A stretch of 64,000 nt of DNA from an uncultured delta proteobacterium (lineage in GTDB: Bacteria > Myxococcota_A > Polyangia > Polyangiales > Polyangiaceae), in NCBI GenBank assembly GCA_963806225.1, contig CAWDXG010000001.1:1536001-1600000 (forward strand). The letters run 5' to 3'. Below the pieces are notes generated by a model, which saw nothing but the letters and a program-made list of their open reading frames with translations, was not told the origin of the DNA and made no database searches. The stretch's first letter is position 1. The number at the start of each line of letters is the position of its first letter. Both the position numbers and the translations under genes were made by a program. This document shows positions 56,117-64,000 of this stretch, piece after piece.

Positions 56117-56913
56117 CAGTATCCGGGGTATCCGGGGGGCGCCGGCGGCGCCTCCGAAGGCAGCGCGACCGGCGCCTTCAACGCGATCATCTCGCCGCCG
56201 TCGGCGAGGTAGCCCCGGTAGATCTGGAAGCGCAGCGCCACCGCAGCCAACTGCACGACGATCATCGCCGGATATGCCCCGAAGTAGCACAGCACCAGGC
56301 CGCACAGGAACAGTCCCGTGGCCACGAATCCGAACACGATGTACTTCCACATCACTGTCGTCCAGGTGGCGCGCGAGTACTGCATCAGCTGACTGAACGA
56401 CAGAGCCTGCCCGATGTTCTCGGTCAGCTCCGCGCGTGTCTCCGCCGCGTTCACCACGACGGACAGCACTAGAAAGGCGCAGAGCCCGACCAGCGCGAAC
56501 ACCAGACCGAGCACGAGGAGTGCGACGTCCGCTCCGCCTGTGCGCTCGGCGACCACCACCGAGATGCCGCCGGCGACCACGAGCCCGTAGGTGACGAGCA
56601 GGACGGGCAGCGTCACGGCGAGCTGCACCAGGAACGGCGTGACGCCGCGCGACAGGTAGTGGCCGAAGTCGTTGAAATCGAGCTTCGGCATCGGTCGCGG
56701 ATGCCCGCGTACCAAGCGCTGGTGGATCTCGCACTTCCAGCCAGCGAGCGCGATCGGTCCGGCAACCGGGATCAGCAGGAACACGACGCCGAGCAAGACG
56801 CTCTTCGACCAGTCCGGGTCGCTGAACACCCACCGCACGGCGCCAAGCACCTTCACGCGCGTGTCCGCGCCGGGTGCGCCGGCTCCCGGCGCGATCAACT
56901 CCTGGCCCGTCAT
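56116..56913 (-). CDS. DUF4013-like membrane protein (paralog 1)
   Basis: [34 protein letters not shown]; multi-TM. Confidence 0.78.
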   Translation of the reverse strand: MTGQELIAPGAGAPGADTRVKVLGAVRWVFSDPDWSKSVLLGVVFLLIPVAGPIALAGWKCEIHQRLVRGHPRPMPKLDFNDFGHYLSRGVTPFLVQLAVTLPVLLVTYGLVVAGGISVVVAERTGGADVALLVLGLVFALVGLCAFLVLSVVVNAAETRAELTENIGQALSFSQLMQYSRATWTTVMWKYIVFGFVATGLFLCGLVLCYFGAYPAMIVVQLAAVALRFQIYRGYLADGGEMIALKAPVALPSEAPPAPPGYPGY

Positions 56914-56994
56914 CCCGGCTGGAGTGTAGCGGATCCTGCCAGGGTCGTGAGTTCTGTGGGCGCAACGGCTCCGGGTCGTCTATCCTCGGGCGTC

Positions 56995-57519
56995 ATGAAC
57001 GAGCGTGATTTCGTGCCCATCAAGGTCGCCGTGCTGACGATCAGCGACACCCGCACCGAGGAGACCGACCGCAGCGGCGCCCAGGCGGTGGAGCTCTTGA
57101 CCGCAGCGGGTCACGAGATCATCGCGCGGCGCATCATCGTGGATGAGCAGGAGGCCATCAGCGCCCAGTTCGGCGAGTGGATCGTGGATCCCACGGTCAA
57201 CGTCGTGATCAGCACCGGCGGCACCGGCATCACGGCGCGGGACGTAACGCCCGAGGCGCTGGAGCCGCACATCACCAAGTCGATCCCCGGCTTCGGCGAG
57301 CTATTCCGTGCGCTCAGCTACGAGGAGATCACGACCAGCACGATCCAGTCGCGGGCGACGGCAGGCCTGTGTGGCGGTACGCTGGTGTTCGCGCTGCCGG
57401 GCTCGCCGGGGGCGGTTCGTCTGGCGCTCGAGCGCATCATCATTCCGCAGCTCGACTCCCGCACGCGCCCCTGCAACTTCGTCGAGCTGATGCCACGCAT
57501 CCGCGCCGGCGCGGGTTGA
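56995..57519 (+). CDS. moaB: Molybdenum cofactor biosynthesis protein B (MoaB/MogA family)
   Basis: [35 protein letters not shown]. Confidence 0.92.
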   Translation: MNERDFVPIKVAVLTISDTRTEETDRSGAQAVELLTAAGHEIIARRIIVDEQEAISAQFGEWIVDPTVNVVISTGGTGITARDVTPEALEPHITKSIPGFGELFRALSYEEITTSTIQSRATAGLCGGTLVFALPGSPGAVRLALERIIIPQLDSRTRPCNFVELMPRIRAGAG

Positions 57520-57581
57520 CGCCACGCTGTCGAATGCCGGCGCGGTTCATCCGATGTCCGGCTTCAGCGCGAAGCAGCCGG

Positions 57582-58565
57582 TCAGTGTTTCGCGATGACT
57601 GCCAGGCCGGGATCGCTCTCGGCCCAGGCCAGGAGGTCGCCCGAGGGCGCGGCGACGACGGGGACGCCGAGCGCGCGCGCCTCGCGGACCACGGTGGGCG
57701 CGCCTTCGCTGCGCGACGCGCTGAGCACCACGTCGGCAGCGGCAATCCACGCGAGCGCGTCGGGGCGAGGCCTTGCGCCGGTGAAGCGCACTCCGGGAAA
57801 CTCGGCCTGGAGGGCGGAGCGCTCGGGGCCGTCGCCGACCACCACCAGGGTTGCCGCGGGCAGGAGCTCGGCCGCGCGCAACGCGACGTCGACGCGCTTG
57901 TCGCGGATCAGGCGGCTGGCGATCACGATCAGGCGCTCATCCCGCGCAACTCCGAGGCGCCGGCGTGCGCGCAGCCGCGTCGGCGCGGCGGAAACATCGA
58001 TGGCGCAGGGCTCGACGCGGCTCACGTCGATGAGCTCCGGCAGCGTGGCGCGGGCGAGCCGATCGCGCAGCTCCGCCGACACGAAGCGGAAATGCGCACC
58101 GCGTCGCATGAGCGCCTTGATGATGGCGGTGCGGACGCCACGAGGCAGCCGCAGCAGCAATGCCACATCGCTGCCGTGTGCGACGACCTCCAGTGGCGCG
58201 CTGCTGGCGAGCGCCACGGGCCACGCGCTAGGCACCAGCCAGTGGGCGACGACGCGGTCGAAGGGACCCTTGTCCCTGAGCGAGCGCCGCGCTCCGATCA
58301 CGAAGCGCACGGCCCCGAGCGCCCGTTTCGGGCTTTCCCGCAGACGTAGCAGCGCTCCGGGGAAGCCGAACAGCCCGCTGTCGGGCAGCCACTCGACGTG
58401 CGGCTGGCTGATACCCAGCCCGCGCCCCGGCGCGATCACGGTCACGTCGTGGCCGCGCGCTGCCAGGGCCCGCGCCTCGGTCTCGACGAAGTGTCCCGCA
58501 GCATCGCCTTCACGCCTCGGATACGACGTGGTCAGGATGGCGACGCGCTGGCGTGGTTCGCTCAT
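57582..58565 (-). CDS. Glycosyltransferase family 4
   Basis: LTTSYPR, AHGSD, VVGDGPE, EGAPTVVREA. Confidence 0.9.
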   Translation of the reverse strand: MSEPRQRVAILTTSYPRREGDAAGHFVETEARALAARGHDVTVIAPGRGLGISQPHVEWLPDSGLFGFPGALLRLRESPKRALGAVRFVIGARRSLRDKGPFDRVVAHWLVPSAWPVALASSAPLEVVAHGSDVALLLRLPRGVRTAIIKALMRRGAHFRFVSAELRDRLARATLPELIDVSRVEPCAIDVSAAPTRLRARRRLGVARDERLIVIASRLIRDKRVDVALRAAELLPAATLVVVGDGPERSALQAEFPGVRFTGARPRPDALAWIAAADVVLSASRSEGAPTVVREARALGVPVVAAPSGDLLAWAESDPGLAVIAKH

Positions 58566-58568
58566 CGG

Positions 58569-58922
58569 CTACATCCGGGGCAGCTCGCCCATGGCTTCGA
58601 GCTCCTCGGCGCCGTGCTCGTCGAGCAGTTCGCCGAGCGCCCTCAGGTAGCGGAAGGAGTAGATGCCCGAGTCGTGGCCGTCGCCCCACTCGAACTGGAC
58701 GGCATAATTGCCGACCTGCTCGATGTTGCGCAGCTCGAGATTCCCGCCTGACTGGAAGACGAGGTTGCCCGAGTGGCCCTGGCAGCCTGCGCAGGGGCAG
58801 TAGCCGCGGAGAATCCGGTGTGGAAACGCGGACCTATGCCCGTCAGCCCAGCTGATCTCGAGCGTCCGGGCGCCGTGCGGCGCCTTGATCCCCGTCGGTC
58901 GCGTCCGCTTCGGATCCGCCAT
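58569..58922 (-). CDS. DUF971 domain protein
   Basis: ISWADG..LRGYCPCAGC..VGNYA..WGDGHDSGIYSF.YL. Confidence 0.9.
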   Translation of the reverse strand: MADPKRTRPTGIKAPHGARTLEISWADGHRSAFPHRILRGYCPCAGCQGHSGNLVFQSGGNLELRNIEQVGNYAVQFEWGDGHDSGIYSFRYLRALGELLDEHGAEELEAMGELPRM

Positions 58923-59019
58923 CGGGGCGCTAGCTTGGGGCAAAGGTCGGCCCCATGTCCAGCGCTGGAGGCACAAGGGTCTTGCAGTCCGGCCCGGCGG
59001 ATGTCATATCCCCGGCCCC

Positions 59020-59244
59020 TTGTCGAATCCCAGCGAATCAGTCCAGTGCAAGCCGCTCGAGGTCCAGGTCGGTGACAAAGGCATCGAGCGCGCGATCAAG
59101 CATCTCAAGCGCAAGATGGCCGCGGAGGGGATCCTGCGGGAGCTCAAGCGCCGCCGCCACTACATGAAGCCGTCGATCAAGAAGCGCAAGAAGATGAGCG
59201 AGGCGGCCCGCCGTCGTCGCAAGCGCCAGAAGATCGAGGCGTAG
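59020..59244 (+). CDS. rpsU: 30S ribosomal protein S21
   Basis: IERAIKHLKRKM..GILRELKRRRHYMKPS.K; TTG start inferred. Confidence 0.92.
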   Translation: MSNPSESVQCKPLEVQVGDKGIERAIKHLKRKMAAEGILRELKRRRHYMKPSIKKRKKMSEAARRRRKRQKIEA

Positions 59245-59252
59245 AGCCCATC

Positions 59253-60425
59253 GTGGCTGGCGCGCAGCGCGGCCGGTCCACGAAGAGCGTGCACGCAGGC
59301 GAGCGACGCGACGCGACGGATGCGCTCGAGGCGCCGCTCGTGCTGTCCAGCGCCTTCGCGCTGGGGACGGCCGACGAAGCGGCCGCGGCCTTCCGGGGGG
59401 AAAACAGCCGCTACATCTACGGGCGCTGGCAGAATCCCAGCGTCGAGCAACTCGAGGCGAAGGTCGCCGCGCTCGAAGGCGCTGACGCTGCCGTGGCAAC
59501 GGCGAGCGGCATGGCGGCGGTCACGGGTGCGTTTCTGTCGTCGCTCCGCGCGGGGGATCACGCTGTAGCTCCGCTCGCCTGCTACGGGGAAACATCGCGG
59601 CTGCTGCGCGAGCGGCTGCCGGACCTCGGTATCACGACGAGCTTCGTCGACGCGACGCAGGTCGAGGAGTATCGCGCGGCGCTCCGTCCGGAAACGCGCG
59701 TCCTGTACCTGGAAACGCCGGCAAATCCGACGCTTTCGATCACGGACGTGGCGGCTGTCGTCGGCCTGGCAAGGGAGCGCGGCATCGCCGTGATCGCGGA
59801 CAATACGTTCGCGACGCCGTACGCGCAGAACCCGCTCGCGCTCGGCGTGGATCTGGTGCTGCACTCGATGACCAAGGCGCTCGGCGGTCACGGCGACGCT
59901 ATCGGCGGGGTGGTGGCGGGCGCGCACGAGCGGGTGGCGCGGGTGCGGGACCTGGTCGTGAAGGGCTTTGGCGGAGTGCTGGCCCCGTTCAACGCATTCC
60001 TCATCGCGCGCGGCATCCGCACGTTGGCGCTCCGCCAGGCGCAGGCCTGCGCCTCGGCCGGGCGTATCGCGGCGCATCTGGAGCAGCATGCGGCGGTCTC
60101 CCGCGTCTGGTATCCGGGTCTCGCGTCGCATCCGGGGCACGCCGTGGCCGCCCGGCAGATGCGTGCCTTCGGGTCGCTCGTGGCGTTCGAGCTAGCGTCG
60201 CTGGAGGCGGGGCGGCGCGTGCTTGAACGGGTCGAGCTGATCTCGCACGCCGTCAGCCTCGGCGATGTGCGTTCGCTCATCACGCACCCCGCCTCGACCA
60301 CGGCGTTCAGCATGCCCGCGGATCTGCGCCGCCAGGCCGGTATCGCCGACGGCCTCCTGCGCCTGAGCGTGGGGATCGAGGACGCCGACGACCTGCTGGC
60401 GGATCTGGATCACGCACTGGGATAA
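59253..60425 (+). CDS. PLP-dependent trans-sulfuration enzyme (methionine gamma-lyase-like)
   Basis: YGRWQNP, ASGMAA, ETPANP, DNTFATP, SMTKALGGH, AVSLGD, RLSVGIED. Confidence 0.92.
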   Translation: MAGAQRGRSTKSVHAGERRDATDALEAPLVLSSAFALGTADEAAAAFRGENSRYIYGRWQNPSVEQLEAKVAALEGADAAVATASGMAAVTGAFLSSLRAGDHAVAPLACYGETSRLLRERLPDLGITTSFVDATQVEEYRAALRPETRVLYLETPANPTLSITDVAAVVGLARERGIAVIADNTFATPYAQNPLALGVDLVLHSMTKALGGHGDAIGGVVAGAHERVARVRDLVVKGFGGVLAPFNAFLIARGIRTLALRQAQACASAGRIAAHLEQHAAVSRVWYPGLASHPGHAVAARQMRAFGSLVAFELASLEAGRRVLERVELISHAVSLGDVRSLITHPASTTAFSMPADLRRQAGIADGLLRLSVGIEDADDLLADLDHALG

Positions 60426-60510
60426 AGCGACGGGCACGGGCCGCCGCGACCGTCCGGCCGACAACATGCTGGAATCTTGGCCGTAGCAGGGGTGGTCGCT
60501 AGGTTCGGCT

Positions 60511-61821
60511 GTGATGCCGGCTGCGACTGTGGAGGCCCCCAGGCACGAGATCGCCCGTCCTCCGGTGAGGATCCGCACCGTGTTGGCTGTCGGGCTGGTG
60601 TTCGCTGGCGGCTGGTGGGCGTATCCGCGGGCGCTGGCGGCCTGGCAGCTGCACACCGCGGCGACCACGCTGGCCGACTACGGCCTGTGCATGGTGGGGC
60701 CGACCGGTCCTTCGCTTCTGCGTGACAATCCGCCCGAGTTCCGGCGTCTGGTGCGCCGGCGTCTGGTGGCAGCCGGAGCGGACGAGCGACCCTTCGAGCG
60801 CTGCGCCAAGGCCGCGCGCGAGCTGACCGGCTCGGCGGAGGTCGCCCGCGCGCATCGGGCCACGGCGTGGAGCTTCGTCGAATACGGAGGCGCCGCGGCG
60901 GAACATCGCGGCGCCCTCGGCGTATTCGAGCTGGATGACCTGCGCGTCACCACGCGCCCCGTCGCGGAGCTGGCCAAGCACGCCTGGCCCTTCGCGCACG
61001 GCTACACCAAGCTGGTGAAGCCGTCGCTCAGCGCGTACGAAGCGGTGCATCCGGTCGAGCTGCCGCGCCCCGGCATCGGTCGCGGGTTGCCGGCGTGGCG
61101 CGCCCGCTACCGCACCGTCCGGCGGACGCGCGACGGCAAGCTCCTGCTCGCGGTGGGCCGCGCCGCCAACCTCAGCGTGTATCGCAGCGACGACGATGGG
61201 GTCGATTGGACGCCGGCTCCGGTGCGCTCCGGCGGCGTTGCGGGGTTTGCGGGACGCTGCTCCGGGCAGGGAAGCGAACACTCGTTCAGTTTCGGCCTGA
61301 GCGACGACGGCAGCCGTACCGCCGTCACCTCGTTCGGTCCCGACGGCGCGCCCGAGACGGTCGATCTGGCGCCGTCGAACCAGAGCGTGTTTGCCGCGGC
61401 CTGTGACGACCAGGCACTGGTTGCGGCGATCAGTCCGCACCGTTCGCGGGACGTGACGCTCCTCTTCTGCCCCTACCGCGACGCCTGCCACCCGATGGCG
61501 CTGCCCCGGTTCCGGGGCGTGGGTGCGCAGCCGCGCTATCCGCTGGACATCGCACGCATGCACGGCACCACGATCCTGGCCGTGACCATGCACGGCATCG
61601 TGCGCGTGGCCTCCACCCGTGACGACGGAAAGAGCTGGACGCCCTTCACCGTAGCCTACGATGAAGGCGCCCATCCTGGCGCACGCGCGCGCGTCAAGGT
61701 GCCGGGGCGCCTGCTCGCAATCGGCAAGCGCGTGCTGCTCTATGGCGGCTCGCCGCAGCCGTCCTGGACCTACTCCGTGCTCGCCTCCGACGACGACGGA
61801 GCGGCGTGGCGCAGGCCCTGA
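60511..61821 (+). CDS. Membrane-anchored protein with Asp-box (BNR) repeats
   Basis: N-terminal TM; SDDDGVDW, STRDDGKSW, SDDDGAAW. Confidence 0.7.
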   Translation: MMPAATVEAPRHEIARPPVRIRTVLAVGLVFAGGWWAYPRALAAWQLHTAATTLADYGLCMVGPTGPSLLRDNPPEFRRLVRRRLVAAGADERPFERCAKAARELTGSAEVARAHRATAWSFVEYGGAAAEHRGALGVFELDDLRVTTRPVAELAKHAWPFAHGYTKLVKPSLSAYEAVHPVELPRPGIGRGLPAWRARYRTVRRTRDGKLLLAVGRAANLSVYRSDDDGVDWTPAPVRSGGVAGFAGRCSGQGSEHSFSFGLSDDGSRTAVTSFGPDGAPETVDLAPSNQSVFAAACDDQALVAAISPHRSRDVTLLFCPYRDACHPMALPRFRGVGAQPRYPLDIARMHGTTILAVTMHGIVRVASTRDDGKSWTPFTVAYDEGAHPGARARVKVPGRLLAIGKRVLLYGGSPQPSWTYSVLASDDDGAAWRRP

Positions 61822-61823
61822 GC

Positions 61824-63098
61824 CTACGATCCGAGACAGCCGAGGTTCACAGCGACCTTCGCCCCCGAGTCGGCCTGGACGGTGTCGCAGGAGGCCTTGC
61901 AGAGCGTGATGGTCGTCGGGGTCTGGTTGTTGTCGTAGTACCAGCCGGCGCTGTTCCCGCATGCGCCGGCGCCGCTGACCTTGGGCAGACTCTGCGCCGT
62001 CTTCGTGCCGCCGGGCGTGTACTCCACGTTGACCTTGTTGGGGTCGATGATGCCGGCGTCGGTCGTGGGCATGTTGTACTTGCAGCCGAGCGCGCTCGAC
62101 TGGATGTTCTTCATCGCCTGCAGGAACTGTGACGAGCCGCCCGACGTGGCAACGTCGAATGCCGTCGTGCCGCTGGCCGCCGCCCAGCTGTTCAGGTTGG
62201 CCTTCATCGTCGTGTCGGGATCGATGCCGATCACGTAGGTCTTGATCGAAGGCGTGCCGGTGTAGGTGGACGAGACCACCGACTTGACGGCGGCTGCCGA
62301 TTCGGTGCAGCCCGGGTCACCCGGAATGCCGTCGGTAGCCAGCACGATGGCGACTGTGTGGGTGGGGTGGGAATTCTTGTAGCTCTTGGCGTACGTGCTC
62401 GCGCCCTGCATCGCCTCCACGGTGGGAGTGCCGACGCCGCTGACGGGCGTGTGCGCGTTCATCATGTTGACCAGCGAGAGGGCCTGTCCCGTGGCGCTAC
62501 CCGGAAGCGGCGCCATCGCGACCAACGGCGTCGCGTAGCTGGTCGAAGAGCATTCGTTCTTCGTGGGGTGCGCGAACAAGGTCAGCGCGGCGCCGATGCC
62601 TGCCGCGGTCGGGCTCTCGAAGAACTGCGTGAGCGCGCTCTTCACCGGTGGCCAACGCTGCGGGCTCGAGAGCACCATCGAGCCGGAGCGATCCAGCACG
62701 ACGTACAGGTCGAGGGGCAGCGGTTCGGCTTTCGCCGTCACCTCTGCGCAGGATGCGTCCGTGTTGAAGCCGCCGTCGTCGGCGGGACCGTCGTAGTTGA
62801 AGACGACATCGGGGATACCCGAGTCCTGCGATCCGCTCGCTCCGCTGCCGCCGCTGCCGCTCGCTCCGCTGCCGCCGCTGCTGCTCGCTCCGCTGCCGCC
62901 GCTGCTGCTCGCTCCGCTGCCGCCGCTGCTGCTCGCTCCGCTGCCGCCACTTCCCGTGGTGCCACCGGATGCGCCCACGCCGTTGCCGGCCGAGCCTCCC
63001 TGGTTGCCGCGGTTGACGGTGCCGCTGGTGCTGCCACAACCGACGACATAGCCGGTTGCCGCCACGATACAGGTCAAGCCAATTGCAAAGCGCTTCAT
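61824..63098 (-). CDS. vWA domain lipoprotein with Gly/Ser linker
   Basis: GGAGG SD; VVGC lipobox; DLYVVLDRSGSM, TP, LATDG; Cys-rich tail GWYYDNN..I.LC..C. Confidence 0.88.
   Translation of the reverse strand: MKRFAIGLTCIVAATGYVVGCGSTSGTVNRGNQGGSAGNGVGASGGTTGSGGSGASSSGGSGASSSGGSGASSSGGSGASGSGGSGASGSQDSGIPDVVFNYDGPADDGGFNTDASCAEVTAKAEPLPLDLYVVLDRSGSMVLSSPQRWPPVKSALTQFFESPTAAGIGAALTLFAHPTKNECSSTSYATPLVAMAPLPGSATGQALSLVNMMNAHTPVSGVGTPTVEAMQGASTYAKSYKNSHPTHTVAIVLATDGIPGDPGCTESAAAVKSVVSSTYTGTPSIKTYVIGIDPDTTMKANLNSWAAASGTTAFDVATSGGSSQFLQAMKNIQSSALGCKYNMPTTDAGIIDPNKVNVEYTPGGTKTAQSLPKVSGAGACGNSAGWYYDNNQTPTTITLCKASCDTVQADSGAKVAVNLGCLGS
62835..62948 (-). repeat. 24-bp in-frame tandem repeat (about 4.7 copies) encoding SGGSGAS(S/G)
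   Basis: Unit GCTCGCTCCGCTGCCGCCGCTGC(C/T) repeated on the plus strand. Confidence 0.9.
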
Positions 63099-63198
63099 GC
63101 CCTCCAGTTTCGGCTGGATCGGGCTGCGCCGCAAGCAGCCAGGCGAGGTGGGCTTTCCCGGTACCACCCCGCGGCGGCCCAGGCTGTTGTCCGCGCGA

Positions 63199-64000
63199 TC
63201 AAGAGCCCTGGCAGGGCACCGTGATGTTCACCGTTCCGCCGGTGCCGGCCTTGGTGCAGGTGGCGGGGCAGAGGGTGATCGTGGTCGGGGTCTGGTTGTT
63301 GTCGTAGTAGAAGCCATCGCCGTTGCAGCCCGCCTTGGAGCCCGCGTTCGGCAGCGTCTGGGGGCTGGCGCCGGACGGCGTGAACTGGACGGCGAGCTTG
63401 CTCGGGTCGACGATTCCGGCGTCCGTCTTCGGCATGTTGAACTGACACCCGAGCGCGGACTGCTGGATCGCCTTGAGGGCGTTGATGAAGGCCGTCTTGT
63501 CGCCGTTGCCGACGTTGTAGAAGTGGCACGTCGAATATCCCGAGGCGCAGTAGTTCGAGTGGGATGGTCCGCCGCCCGCGACGGCCCACTGCTCGAGCGC
63601 CGGGAAGCTCGCGCCGGTCATGCCGATGACGAAGGTGCGGATGCCAAAGTTGTTGTAGAGGTTCTGCGGGATCTTCGCGATGGTCGCAACGTTGTCGTTG
63701 CACTCTCCGCAGCAGGGCACGCCGTCGGTGATCAGGATGCCCACCATCACGCGTCCTGCCGTCTGGTGCGTCGACGTATACTTCGCGATGCCGTTCATCG
63801 CGGCCTCGGTCGGCGTGTCCGTGTGGGGAGAATGCGAGTTCATCGAGCTGTCGAGACTCCCGGCGATCTGCGGCAGGTATCCGAGTGGCACCGCGGGCGT
63901 GTCGTAGCCGGCGCCGGCGCAGGTCCCCCCGCTGTCCAGCATGAAGTACTGCAGCGCGACGCGGTCGCCCGTCGCGGAGCTGTCGTGGAAGAAGCCGCTG
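63199..64000 (-). CDS. vWA domain protein, paralog of 61824-63098 (5' end outside window)
   Basis: TPT, ILITDG, TFVIG, F..ALKAIQQSALGCQFNMP.TDAGIVDP, YYDNNQTPTTITLC shared with the neighbour. Confidence 0.85.
   Translation of the reverse strand, partial: SGFFHDSSATGDRVALQYFMLDSGGTCAGAGYDTPAVPLGYLPQIAGSLDSSMNSHSPHTDTPTEAAMNGIAKYTSTHQTAGRVMVGILITDGVPCCGECNDNVATIAKIPQNLYNNFGIRTFVIGMTGASFPALEQWAVAGGGPSHSNYCASGYSTCHFYNVGNGDKTAFINALKAIQQSALGCQFNMPKTDAGIVDPSKLAVQFTPSGASPQTLPNAGSKAGCNGDGFYYDNNQTPTTITLCPATCTKAGTGGTVNITVPCQGS

Overview
High-GC (roughly 70%) bacterial DNA, most consistent with a Polyangiaceae-like myxobacterium (Cys-rich vWA lipoproteins, AgmX/PglI-type protein, sigma54 promoters). Housekeeping content: VanW-family gene (partial), uvrC, an OmpR-type regulator, a TamA/TamB pair, rsmE, the dcw cluster mraZ to ftsZ, ggt, moaB, rpsU and a trans-sulfuration enzyme. 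Six dcw genes and tamB carry small indels that look like sequencing errors. The main accessory region (about 9.5-17.5 kb) is a decayed integron that the ORF track does not show. It has a 27-codon C-terminal IntI remnant with a candidate attI DOWNSTREAM of it (inverted-integrase layout). It also has three clear attC sites with matching core/inverse-core pairs, cassettes carrying lipoproteins and two TA/toxin-immunity-like gene pairs, and a second orphan copy of the attI-like region next to a hairpin-locked DUF559 nuclease gene. IS91-like and IS3 remnants flank the array. Other notable items: a eukaryote-type bifunctional 6-phosphofructo-2-kinase/fructose-2,6-bisphosphatase; tandem vWA-like lipoprotein paralogs sharing a sigma54 promoter and enhancer architecture; a candidate sigma54-driven small RNA or peptide upstream of mraZ; and many apparently leaderless genes. 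All calls come from reading the sequence and recalled family motifs; no searches were run.
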